A stretch of DNA of 64,000 nt from Sarea resinae. Lineage: Eukaryota. The position numbers were made by a program, and so were the translations under genes. The notes under the pieces are model-generated. The model searched no databases. It was not told the origin of the DNA and saw nothing but the letters and a program-made list of their open reading frames with translations. Shown here piece by piece: positions 37,131 to 49,439 of the stretch. The number at the start of each line of letters is the position of its first letter. Position 1 is the stretch's first letter. The DNA is taken from positions 124,001-188,000 of the forward strand of contig JAPEUD010000021.1 in assembly GCA_026026165.1 (NCBI GenBank). Direction: 5' to 3'.

Positions 37131-38542
37131 GCCTCGTACGAGACAGAAAGGCGCAGGATGGTGACACGAAAAGGCACAGGAAGCGTTCAGTTACAGGCCA
37201 GTGACCAAGGAAGATTGAGGATAGTCAGATGAACAGGCCAAAAGTAGACACGATCAGAGAGGGTTGGAGATGCCGGGAACCTCAGGCGCACGCAAGAAAC
37301 GTGGCCGGACAGGTCAGAGAAGGTGGGTGAGGGATATTGCATGCCGCAGGAGAAGCAAAAGGCATCTATATATCCCATTGGAGCAGTGGAGACGGAGAGC
37401 AGGCTGAGCGGCTAGAGTTGCTCCCTGCCTCCTCTCGGTATGCATTCGAGCTATCAAAGAAAAGCGAAAATGTGACGAGATAAAGACAACCATGCAATCC
37501 ACTTCCCCAACACCATGTGCTGGAGTACGCAGTACGAACGATACCTTCGGGCTATGGTGGTTGGTAGAGCTGTAAGGAATGTATGAAGTACGAAGAGATA
37601 GCTACGGTAGCGGCTGTGGGTGGCAGTGCCAGCCTGCCGGGGGAGGAATAAACATGCATCCGACTAAGGTAGAGCGAGCTTGGTAGCGGGGGAGCTCCAA
37701 GGCGGGGGCAGCTACTCGGTACTAGCTAGAGACGTCCTCATGGACATTGCTATTGCTGTCGTGAAATAATGACGAGCGGGAGGTGGGAGATAAATCGCGC
37801 AATTGGTGTTTAGCCTGGTCTGGAAGTGCGAAGCGTGAGGCTTGAGGCTTGACATCCATTGATCCCTCCATACCATACTTGACGCCTGCAGTACGCAGTA
37901 CGCCGTGCGAAAAGGAGGAGGGCATGATGGGCACGCTTCGCTACCAACAGAACAGCCACGAGGCATTTAAGACGCACGAGTTGCACGGCGGCTTCACTCA
38001 TTGGGGAAGCCTCCTGTAGCTCGATCAATTCGCTACTGCTCCAGTCTCCGCATGTGAACCTGTGGAGACGGTCTGGTGGCGCTTCAGGGAAGATGAGCCA
38101 ATCTTCGCATACCTCCGACGACTTTCACGATAACTGTAATGGTGCACTGGATCATTCTAGCATTCAAGAGCCATCTCAGGTAGTACTTCAGTATCATGCT
38201 GTTCTCGGGACCTGGGCACCTCGTACCGGGTACGACCAGTCCTGCCATCGAGTCCACTACCGATCTTGTCATCTCTACCCAAACGAACGTCTTTATCCGC
38301 CATAGTGGCTTATCCCTCATACTCCCCCCCTTCTCCCATCGTGTATCACAATACAGCATCCATGGATGTCGCGCGCGTCGTCCCCACCGAGCTTCATATG
38401 TTCTGCATCCCCCCTCTTCTAGAGACGACTTGTACGCACTCCTCCCGCCAGGACTTGGCTCGAACTTGAAGAATCGAGAGCAACTCGGGATGACGCATGA
38501 TCTCCTCAGTTTCCTCTGTCCTGGTGTGAGACGCGCGAGTGT

Positions 38543-40386
38543 CAAGAGAAGAGAGACGAGGGCGCCGTGACGTTCCCCAGAGAGCGCTCATTGCGACGGA
38601 TCTTCCTTGGACTATCTCGACTGGCACAATCGTCGACCTAGAATTGATAAGTGATGTGGCTCAAACAAGGTTTATAGCAGTAGCCTACCTCAATCCTGAC
38701 ACGCTTCACTAGCACCCCCTCTTGGTAGTCCTCGTCCCAATCTGTGTCTGAGGAAGTCTTATGCTTGCCCGCCTTTCTCCTCCCCCGTGCGGCTTCTTGC
38801 TCTTCGTGCTTAGCATTATACTCTAGAGATGGTTCCTCCAACTTGTCGGAATTTGGCTGGTCGTAACCAACACATCTTAGCACCGCCCAGCACGCTCTTA
38901 GGAAAGGCGGATCTAAGCGCTCGAAAAAGGACAAGATGTCCTTGGTTGGAGGCACCTTCCCCTTGTTTGCCAAATTCTTATCAAATAAAGTTTCCCGGCC
39001 TGATTTCGTTTTTCTGAGCTGGCTAGCCATCCCTTTCCTGACGTCTTCTGGCCATGACTTCCACTCCTTCAACGTAACACTGATGATTCCTGCAACTTTG
39101 TATCCTCCTGAGTACTTCCATACGCATTTGGATTGCTCCGTAGACTTAGACATTAGTTGTCCGTCCTCTTCTTCACATCTCCAAGCTACGTAGTCTTTGA
39201 GAAACATAGGATATTGCTGGCCAAGTATTCCTTCAAATTACCCTTTGACCAACCTGATAAGCCCGTGGCGGCCTGGAATGGGTGCTTCTTTATAGATCTG
39301 AGGGTCAATGTGAATCCTTCCAGAGCAGAGATACGCTGGCTTGCCAAGCCTTTTCTCAGGAGCTGCCACAAAGAGATCAGTGTTTCCCCCGAAAGAGTGC
39401 CGCAGAAAGCTTGCGTCGAATGCATGGTGCTCGGCAGGAATCTCCATCCTGACAGGTGGTGCAAGGATACTGATAGCTTCACAGACATTGGGAGGGATTG
39501 TGCGGACAGCGATTTGATTGCTAGGCCCAGAAAAACCAGCAGGAGGCGCGATGTTCGGGGGTTACATCTGAAGAGAGATTATCAGATCAGACTTTCTAGA
39601 CCCTTCGAAAAGAATGTCTACTGCTGGGCGTGAATTCGCCTGACCCAGTCTTCGCTGGCCCAGGAATGGCTCTGAAGGATGAGAAATGCCTTGTCTACCA
39701 GACGGAGTGCTGTGCATTTCGGTAGTAATAATTTGAGCGTCTTCCTCGACTTGTCCTTCACTATATTGGTCGTCCGGCTCAAGTGATGGTGTTCGGGAAG
39801 GACTCGATCGGGGCTCTTGGCTGATCCAGATATCATGGTCATCTTGACTAGTGGCACTCGGAGAATGCAGTCGTCCGCTTTGCTCGGAAAGGAATAGGGT
39901 TCTTCTGGCCGTCTCGTCCCGCTGTCGATTGTCATACTTCTCCTTGATAAGGAGTGCCCGAATACTAGTTAATTCTGCGCGTTGCCGTTCACATTTTCTT
40001 GCGAGCTTTTCGACTTCTGACCGGAGCGACGTGGTTTCGTCGATCGACTCCTCGGTACTTTGATCAAGGACACCGATGCAATCTGTCAATCTGTCAAGGA
40101 AAACGGCGGTAGTAGCTTGGCCGCCGGGACTAGAGTCTGGTAGAATTGAAATTAGCCGTTGCCTGGAGTATGTACACATCCCGGAAGTCGACTGAAGCGT
40201 ACGATCATTCTGCTTGCCAGCTTCTAGCACCGATGCGATAAGTTCTTCATTCCCCTCAGCAAGGAGGTAGTCATCGCCGCTTATTGCTGGCTTCCTTCCA
40301 GTCTCCATAGCGTAGCGTGCTTCAGCGCGAGTTCGAGCTCGCAAGTGTGCTTCAAAGGAAGTTTTCCAGTTTGGCACTTTCGCCAT
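38543..40386 (-). pseudogene. Disrupted gene with a coiled-coil N-terminus and a DUF6697-like domain
   Basis: ORFs 39238..39447 and 38638..39207 share one frame and are separated by a single TAA. The joined peptide (FDASFLRHSFGG..PGRHG..YPMF..WKYSGGY..EW..LRCVGYD) resembles fungal DUF6697 as I recall it. Exon boundaries are uncertain. Confidence 0.55.
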
Positions 40387-41101
40387 TGTGGAGGGAGTTG
40401 GACGCCCGATCACTTCTATAGAGAAGTGAGGTGTTGACGAAAGAACGCAAGAGGGAGCACCGCGTCGAAGGACGACCAGTGCAGATAAGGTACCCGAAAG
40501 CCCCCAAGATTCGATTCGTATTGCGGGACCTACTGAAGTACTGCGGAGTACCTGGATACCTACCTAGGTAGATCCATAAGTTGCTGAAGGATTAGGTAGA
40601 CTGAACCCTAATGCACTAATTTAAGGTTTAGGCCGACTTCAAGACACCCGTGGACGGCAAAGGCGAACAGGCACCCTGTAGATCTACTACCCCAGAATAT
40701 AGGAGCTCTTAGAGGTACCAAGAATCCAGGACTCTGCATATGCTGTAACATCTGTAAAAACATACTCGACTTCGAAATTTGAATGATATAAACTTGTAAC
40801 TATCGACCGAGAAGGGACATGTATAATGAGATGCAGCGGCTCTGATGGTGTGAGGTGCGCTGCGCTATATAGTAGGCAAATAGGCATAGCCCGGACGAGC
40901 CGGATTATAGTAGTCTTTTTGGATGGCTCACGTAGGAACAGGTTTGCCTATTTACTGGTCCTTACAGATGGTTCTCATAGTATCTCAACATTATGTCTCT
41001 CAAGATATAAGCGGTAAACGCAAAAGATAGACAAGCATACGCACGAAAGGCTATACTATGTAGCTCTGAGAGTCCTCTCTTGAACGCCTAGATCCCATAC
41101 T

Positions 41102-44100
41102 CTAAAAGTGCACCCTCCCTAAGCCACGCGCCCGCACCGCTTCTTGGATACCTTCTTCCACTGCACGCAGTGCATCCCGCCACTTCCTGCGCACCTCATC
41201 GGCCTCATCCTCGCCACCATCGCCCTCCTGATCCAACACCCATGCCATCCACTTCGCGACGGCAACAGCTTTGTCAAGGTCCCCTTCATCACTGACTACC
41301 TTTCCCAGATATCTCACTAGCGCCTGCACATCCTCTTCGTACGGCGGGTCGCCCTTGAACTCGTCATGCCATGCCAATACCGCTTCTCGTAGTTCTGGTA
41401 AAGATGACAGCTTACGCACCGTAAACGTCGGCTTGGGAGGTCTAGGCTGAAGGCGTAGCTGTCTCTGGCCAGCCTGGATGGGCGGGACAGCCGGCAACCT
41501 CTTCTTCTTCGTATTGGAAATATCAAGGCCAGAGCGCATTTTCAAGCGAGACCGACGGTGCTCGGCCAGGACTTCTCGCCGAATGTCTTCTGGCAAAGCT
41601 TCGAGGAAGTCTGCAGGGATCTCTTCGGAATCAGAGAAATCGCTTTTGGCAACCGCAGAAGGATCTGCGGTTTTCGAACGATGAGCAACAAAGTTTGACT
41701 GTGTCAGTGTCGTACTGGAGCTGTCACCCTTTACTGGCTGTCTATTTTGAAACAAAAGGCCAGTGCGTCGTTTCGTAGGCGTGACTGTCTTCTTGCTTGA
41801 AGCTGTAATTGAGCGGACTTTGCGCGGAGATTGAGGAAGGAGCGATTGGCCAGGATGCTTTCGCGGCGATCTCTGATAGAAAGCTAGGACTTCTGCTCTA
41901 ACATCTTCTGGTAATGCATCAAGGGTCTCTTGATCAAGTTGAGATGGAATTGGCAGGATATCATGCCTATTCGAAGGTGAATGGGACCTCGACTTGACTG
42001 AGGGACTTGCCGTACGAGAACTAGGCTTGGGTTCGGTCTTTTCGACTCTCAAAAATCGGGAACGAATATCATCTGGTAGTTCAGCCACGACTTTTGGATC
42101 GAACTGGCTGGGAAGGATGAACTGCGTTCCGAGGGTATTGAGAGGTGTTTGACAGCCACTCTCTGCCATCTTCGATACAACAGCCATCTCGGGACGACTT
42201 CTTCCTGCGCCAGGCTTCTGAGGGCTCTCGACGTCATCAAAGATGGGATCTTCAGCCTCATTCTTGACAGGGTTCGGTGATCCCACAGTCTTGAAGTGCA
42301 GCCGCTTCTGACTGCTCTCGATTCCTCCACCTAATGTTCCCTTCAGCGGTTCTAAGCGTGTCATTTGCACACCAATACCCCTAAGATCACCGGGTGAAAA
42401 TCCATAACCCCGGAGTATTGATATAGCTTCTTTGCTTAATATGTCTTGAGCATTTGTAGCAATCCCCAGAACTAAGCTTTTGTTAGCTACATCGCATTTT
42501 CCATGTCCAAGATGCTTTGGAGGGTCGAGAGGAGCATCTGCTGCTCGTCGCATAATCTTCACGGTCAATTGCCGACCTTTGACTTTTTGATTTACCAGTC
42601 GCCGATGTAGCTCGCCGCAGAGATTATCAACAAATTCCTCTGCTTGAGCTTGTGTCTCAAATCGAACGCCCCAATTGACTTCTGCTGAAATGGATTTTCG
42701 AACAACCTGTTCTCCAACCTCTGTACGATCAATTCCGCGAGAGAAATCCCAAATCTTCTCTCCTGTTTTGGGCCCGAGAGCTGAAATTAGTCTCTCGCGG
42801 CTCAGATCGCGAATATCTTTGACAAACTTAACACCAATTTCTTCAAGTTTCCCGCCGATGCTGTAAGCCACACCCGGAAGTTCTTGCACTGTTAAAGAGC
42901 CTAGAAAGTTGAGCACCTCCTCGGGCTTAATTTGATATTGACCAGCAGGTTTCGCTCGCCTCAGAGCAACTTTGGCAAGTAGGATGTTGGCCCCGAGCCC
43001 GACTGAAACAGCACACCCCGTCCGTTCCTTGACCTTATCCCGAAGGTCCTGAGCAATTTCGTCTGCTTTGGCTTGCTCTCGCCAGATACTGCCTTCATGC
43101 ACGCCTTTCCCTTCACTCCCACCCGCTGGCAAGCAAAGCGCTGTTATATCAACAAGAGCTTCGTCAACACTCACGCTTTGGACAATGCCACCAGTCGCCA
43201 AGATGGCATCATAGAAAGCTCTGCTGGCGTCTTCGTATCCCTTGAAATCATATGGAAGCACCTTGAGTTCTGGACAGAGGCTTTGAGCATGCTTCATCCA
43301 CATTCCGTTCTTGATGCCAAATTTCCTGGCGGGATAGTTGCAACTTGCAATCTCCGAACCAGGCCCGCCGCCATGAGCCACCACTGCAGGCCTATCCTTG
43401 TGTTGAGGAGCGTTTTTCATTGACACCGCCACGAAGAAGCTGTCGAAATCTACATGCATGATGTATCTTCGAGCTCCTGGAATTCGCTTTTCACTGGCTT
43501 TCTGAGATGACGTCTTCTCGGCAGTGAGGGACTGCAGCTGAGACTTCAAGTCAGCCTTCCAGCTTGAAAGATGATGAAGTCGCGATTCCTGGTAATACTG
43601 TTGAAGGAAGCCCGGATTCACCACCGTGGATTTCCAGATTCTAGGATCGGCAAGGAGTAGAGCGTTGTGTTCCTCGGGCGTCAACTTCCTCTGTTTAGAT
43701 GCCGCATCGGCAAGCAAACTTTGCTTAGGCTGAGTAATTGGCGGGGTGGAGGGAGGAACATTATCCTCAGATAGAGACACACGCTCGTCGACATCAAAGG
43801 ATTCTGATCTGCGTATAGCATTCGTATTACGACCCATGAAGGGACCTGTAGGAGCTGGGTCTTGGTGTTTCTCTTGGTCATTCATATTTGAAGACCCTGA
43901 AACGGATCGTCTTGATGGCTCGCCTGGCCCGAGTAATGAATCATTAGAGGTTTGCGGTTCCTCGTCTAGTCCTGGCTGATGTGAGGGTGGTAATTCCAAT
44001 CCCCTGTCAATCTGAATCTCGTCTATCAGCTCCATCGGTGTGCCCGACCGGCTACCGAGGTCTCTGACCACGTCTCTGACCTGATCCGTATACCAACTAG

Positions 44101-44693
44101 TACTCGTTTGATCTGCGTAGCCAGTCTGCTGATGATTTGACTGAGTGATCACCTTTCCGTTCTCGAAGCCCAGAACCTTCTGTCCCGGTCCCTCGTCCAG
44201 GGCCCTGAAGCCGTTCCATGGTAGCAAACGCCCTGCCTTGACGCTTTCCACGACCCACGCTGGCTTGACAATTCTATAATTTCGAAATTCGACTCGCTTC
44301 TTCGGCGTGAGGTTGCTTGCGATGATATGAGTGACGGCAGTCTTGCCGTCGAGGTACTGCATAAATCCTCCCCCATGACTGACAATAAGATTGTGGAGGT
44401 CATTTAGAGATGGTTGCGTATAGCCGTTGACATGCGCAACAATGCCTCGAAAAATCTGAGGGTTAGACGAGGAGGAGCGTAGTTCTGCGTCGAGGTTCTG
44501 CAATTTGATCTTCTTGCGACGAAAATAATCTGTGAACCCTCCGAACTTCGACGCTTCGTATTCTTCACCTTCCTCATCTTCAAAATTGTCTGAAGCCCCA
44601 GTCAGACTCGCAAAGATCTGACATGTGAGAATACCTACGTGTCTCGATCCTTTTGCGCACGGCATTGGAATTAGCCTCAAGTCTTGAACCCAT
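41102..44693 (-). CDS. REV1: Translesion deoxycytidyl transferase Rev1 (intron 44590-44638)
   Basis: Start MGSRLEANSNAVRKRIE; BRCT domain (VNGYTQPS..VKPAWVVES), SRLHHLS, Y-family motifs HVDFDSFF and SVDEAL, UBM-like LPEDVRAEV repeats, Rev1 C-terminal domain. Confidence 0.95.
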
Positions 44694-45400
44694 GGTGGCG
44701 GACTACCATTGGCCACTTGATACTGCGAGGTATGTGACCGCTGCTCGGAAGCGCCTCGTGTGAGCACAGGGATTCTGAGAACATCGTCTTACGAGAAGAA
44801 CCCTCGCTTCAGGGTAGCATTTGTCTAAAGGGTCGCGGTCTGGAGGATGTGTGTTTGGACAAAGTCCGCCCGGCCTTTGGGTGCGGACACGAAACTACAT
44901 CATCGACGTTGCGATCTCGCTACAGTCGGGCACGAAGAGCGCGGCGGAGGGGCCGCGCATCCTGACGCGTCAGATGTAGCTAACGTAAGGTACCTTAGAT
45001 TGAGCGCTCATCTGCGACATTTCACTCTCAATCTCCCAATTCCCGTAAATTGGTCAGGATTTCACTCAAATAATATTCAAATATTGAAACAACTAGAAAT
45101 GTTTCTTCGTTTGTTCATCGTTCAAACTAGCGCTGGGTGGAACGCCATGTTGTCTCCACCATAGAATATACGGCCCCGAACGCAGAGACTCGGAAAGGGA
45201 TTCAACTACTCCGGAGTATGTAACGACAACGAGATCCTATAGCCATCCAATATATACCAAGAAGCTTCCGACGCGAGATGCCGAGCGAGAAAAGAAAGAG
45301 ACACCGATAACGCCGAAGTATGCATCCTAAGGCACTGTTGCTTCTACCTCAACCGAGATGTCTCTCCGAAGAGGAATCAAGATCGGAGTTGAAAGATTGC

Positions 45401-46597
45401 TTATTCGACAGGCTTGAGATCTTTCAATTTCCTCGCGACAAGGGCAGCGTCCTCGTCATTACTGCTGCTGCCGCCGCTGCTTACGGTAGAGCTCTCATCG
45501 CCGTCCGCCTCTGGATCATACTCGCTGAGTTTCTTATGATGGCCTTTGTGCTTATCTTCGCTGGGCTTGAACTTCGTTATCGATTTGCCCGAATTGCCGT
45601 CGCCAAGACTACCTTCAGATGCAAGGCTCTCGGCCGAGTCTCTTCGCCGCCGATGATGATGATCGTGCTCTTCGCCATCCTCGCTCGGAATTGGTTCGTG
45701 ATCCGAAGGTGTCTGGTCTTTGATGAAACTGTCGATGATATAGTACTGCAGAGCATTCATGATGACTGGAAACAGCAACATCACAAAAAACACCTGGACC
45801 TTTTCGTTTCCTTCCGTCCACTTCAGCGCCCAGTCGCCTACTCTTCCTAGCCATGGGAGGAATTGGAATATGAAGAAGACGCATAACTTCATTCCAAAAA
45901 GACCCCAAAAGTATATGAAAGATTGCTTCGCCCACCAGGTAGCCTTAGGAGGATGGCCATAATGACCAGACGTGATGGACTCGCGAGGCCTTCCCATCGG
46001 CGTAAGTGAGAACAAGTAGGTAAGAACGCGAAGAAGTCCGACAAGAATCGGGATGCCTATCGTCGTCTACAGAACGTGGAAGTTAGCAATATGCTGTTGG
46101 AGCTGAATAAAGAGGAACCTCACATCTATGGCTAGATTAAGTAAGTAGAAAGAGCATGGATTCGGCTGGTATTTATGGGGTTTCCTGGAATTCCCGGAGC
46201 TGACTGTGGAGGCATCCGTTACAGAGACGTCGAACTTTCCAGCAGACAGCATCGACATCAGAAGATTTGCCAGATGAAGGAGGATGGAGCCGACCACTTG
46301 CTTCGATACATCAAAAGCCCAGACTTTCATCGGTCGCTGAGGCCTTTCTCGATATCGTTTCCATACGAGCGAGAGGAGCGCTAGTGCTCCCAAAGCTCCC
46401 TGGATCAATAAAGAAAATGGACCGAGCAATTTGCATTCTCCATTTTCTTGGACGTTTATTGGACCACTGTCGGGGCCGGAGAATGCTGCAGCTGTGGTGG
46501 CGAGCACTGCTAATGCGGTTGAAGTGGGATCGATCTTATCAACCCCGAGTCTGACGGTAGAACTTGCAAAGCTCTCCTGCGCCGTCGGTAGTAACAT
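45401..46597 (-). CDS. Vacuolar membrane protein, STIMATE/YPL162C-like (intron about 46066-46123)
   Basis: CKLLGPFS, KRYRERPQRPMKVWAFDVSKQ, NPCSFYLLNLAID|TTIG and FPVIMNALQYYIIDSFIK. Confidence 0.82.
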
Positions 46598-48149
46598 CGA
46601 ATGATGCGACTGGGACGACCTGGACGGAGCTCAAGGATGGCAGTGCGAGGGTGGCGAGGTTGGCAAAGATCCTTTCAAGCCGGACCCATTAGAAATGCTG
46701 AAATAGTAATATCGATTTTCGAGCCAGATCTGGATATCTCGAAACACTTGTAGTCATGCGCTTTGGAAAGGCTGCCACCTGACACGGTCGTTCGGTCGCA
46801 GACTTGCTCAGGCTTAGCAGATGACGTCAAACAACGAGACCGTCGGCCAGGTACGTCGTGGTGATGATGCGATGTTTATCGATTAACACTATCGAAGAGC
46901 ATAGAATTTATTCAGACTTGGATTTGGAGGTTCTGAGAGAGTGAGGGTCGTAGGTTTCGGGGTTTTCTGGTTCTGAAGAAGAGTGATTCAGGTGGTGGGT
47001 GGTGTTTCGAGAGGCGGAGTAGCTGCTCGTGTCTGCGGCTCAGTGTAACTTCGTAAGGTACGCAGAGCATGTGCCATGTGGTACCTGACGTTCGTCGAGA
47101 GATAGGCTTGATCCAAAGTACCACCATCACTGTTATTCGTACATGTACTCTACGAGTAGCGCTGAAGGCAGGCAGCAATTAGCGAGAGGCAAAAGGCCAG
47201 ACTCGCATTGATGGATCTATGGCGGCGGGGGAGATACTGCGCAGTACTTCCGATATGATCGCTCTTCATCCTCCAGCTACCTAGGTACGATACACCTTTT
47301 ACTGTACTTTGCATATTATTGATCTTGGATCATTACCTACTAGGGAGTTAGATTAGATACACAAAAATAGTACGGTACAGTACGGTACAGTACGTTATCT
47401 TGCGACTATTCTTCGATGAATGAAGACTTGATGTTGATAAATGTGATGTGAAGTGCCTCTCATTCGATCTACCCCGCGCGCGCCAACGAAAGCGATGCTG
47501 CAGGCCGTTTCTTTGTGAGCTCCAGATGTACCTACCTTATTGCCATAGGATTCAGTGGAGTTCACTTTCCGTATCCGGTTAGCGTAGGTATCTTTTCCAA
47601 GTCGCTCCTGGGAGTCTGCAATACGGAGTACGTGGATGGTATCCAGTGTTGGAGTAATCGAACGATTATTGCAGCAGTAGAGAATGATAAAGGAGATCGG
47701 CAAGGCAGCGACACAGGACTCCGCTTGTCCTATAATCGAACGTCTAAGGTATCAAGCAAACCTCTAAATTCCAGCTATGTTGCATTCAATCCATAGAAGA
47801 AGAGAACAAGAAGAATCTATAGTCATCTTCCGCGGATCGTGTTCACAGAGTAGAAATAGGTATTGATATTCATTCATTCTGAGAGCTCGTTTGAGGAGCT
47901 CACACCCGTTAGCACGCCTCAGCCCGGGCTTCTACGTCCAGGTTAATACTGGAGAGTAGATGATCTTGCAATCGGGACCGCCCCAAATCATAGATGTAGC
48001 CCACTACCGCATGACCCCTTCGAACGCCGAAAAGCAAGAGCACGAAAGAATATGAATAGTGAAGAAGACCACTTTCTGAACTTCGCATTTGACATCGCCG
48101 GCCGAATGCATTCCGCTTGGCCCGCAGCCATCCCTGCGGGCCCCGCATG

Positions 48150-48891
48150 TTAATCGATACCGTGCTGTCTCTTCAGCTTTTCTAAATTCTCCTGGCGCTC
48201 GGCCAAGTCCTCTTTCGATTTTGCCATTTTCTCGGGCTGATGATATAGAACTGTTGATAGACTCGTTAGCATGGGTGGCGGATGTCCCTTTTCCGTGGGA
48301 AAAGACCCCCAGAGCAGTGCTTGCTTACCGACAAGGTATCTGTTTTGAAAGTTGAATCCGTTCAACTTATCGCAGGCTTGCTTGGCATCCATGACATCCT
48401 CGTAGACGACAAATGCTGTTCCCTTCGTGTTGTTCGCGATGCCTTGGCGGATTTGACTAGAATTGTCACGTCAGCTCCGATCATTGACCTGTCGTAAACG
48501 TAGCAGTATCTGCCAGGTATATCTGGATGGCAAGAGCTCCATCCGTCATCACTCGAGAGTACACATACCGTATAGGGCCGAATTTGCCAAAGAGATCGAA
48601 GAGTTCCTCCGGCGTAACGTTGTAGCTGCATCTCTGGTCAGTAACCTCAATCTATCTGGCGCGACCCAAAGCCCGGCTCGAAAAGCCAGCAACGGCCATC
48701 GGTGGCAAGCGAACCTTAGATTCTTCACGAATAGAGCTCTAGTATCGAACGGAGAACACGTCAGCGTTGTCTCTCGAGGGGGCTCGCGATGATGAGGCAC
48801 GTGGACCAGGGCTACGGCACTCGGGCAAGCCATCAAGAGTAGAGGGAGCATACCTATTGACCTCGGGTGCCAACTTTCCAGCGCGACTCAT
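48150..48891 (-). CDS. SF3B6: U2 snRNP branch-site protein p14 (5 exons)
   Basis: Spliced [75 protein letters not shown]. Confidence 0.93.
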
Positions 48892-49439
48892 ATCTTGGCT
48901 GGATTGATGAATTTGCCGTTGGTGATAGAAGCAGCAACAGGGATTTGTAGATTATCGACTGGTGAATCTCGGTCGCCGTCTCGATCTGGAATTGGAGAAC
49001 AGCAGGGTGCCAGCGACTGCGGCAAATCGTAGGCGACGGCAAGCGATTGCCGAGTCTGGCTTAGGTTGGCTCCCAGCGATTTGCGTTAGGAGCTGAGCCG
49101 CATGTCCTCCTTAGTCATCCGTGATATTCAAGGCATCAAGTCACTTCGTACCGTATACAATACCGCGCCGCACGACTTCGATGAGCTCGGCCTACCTTGC
49201 CTACCCCCCCTCCCACCACAACACCGCAACAATAGGATCTTCGAAAGCGCAGGTCGGGCTGCTTAGATATTCCACAGATGTTCATCAATCCTTTAGTTTC
49301 AAACCATGAAATGACCTAAGAAGATCTTGGCGCGAATTGCGACCTGGGAGAGGCCTGCGGAGTGACGCGCGACCGCCTATGACGCTACGGAGCTCGACGA
49401 CTATTGATCACAGCTAATAAACAGCTGATGTGAATCAAC

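Noticed and set aside
38054..38627. Several overlapping short ORFs downstream of the DUF6697-like gene
   Set aside because: No recognisable domain and inconsistent frames; at most a decayed 3' exon.
48457..48568. Possible intronic C/D snoRNA in SF3B6 intron 3 (GTGATGA ... CTGA, with a GGATGG/CCATCC hairpin)
   Set aside because: The CTGA is the branch-point CTGAC, there is no terminal stem, and I recognised no rRNA-complementary guide.
12260..48891. Apparent concentration of RNA-processing genes (NAB2, PYM1, RED-like, SF3B6)
   Set aside because: They are interspersed with unrelated housekeeping genes; there is no evidence of a cluster.
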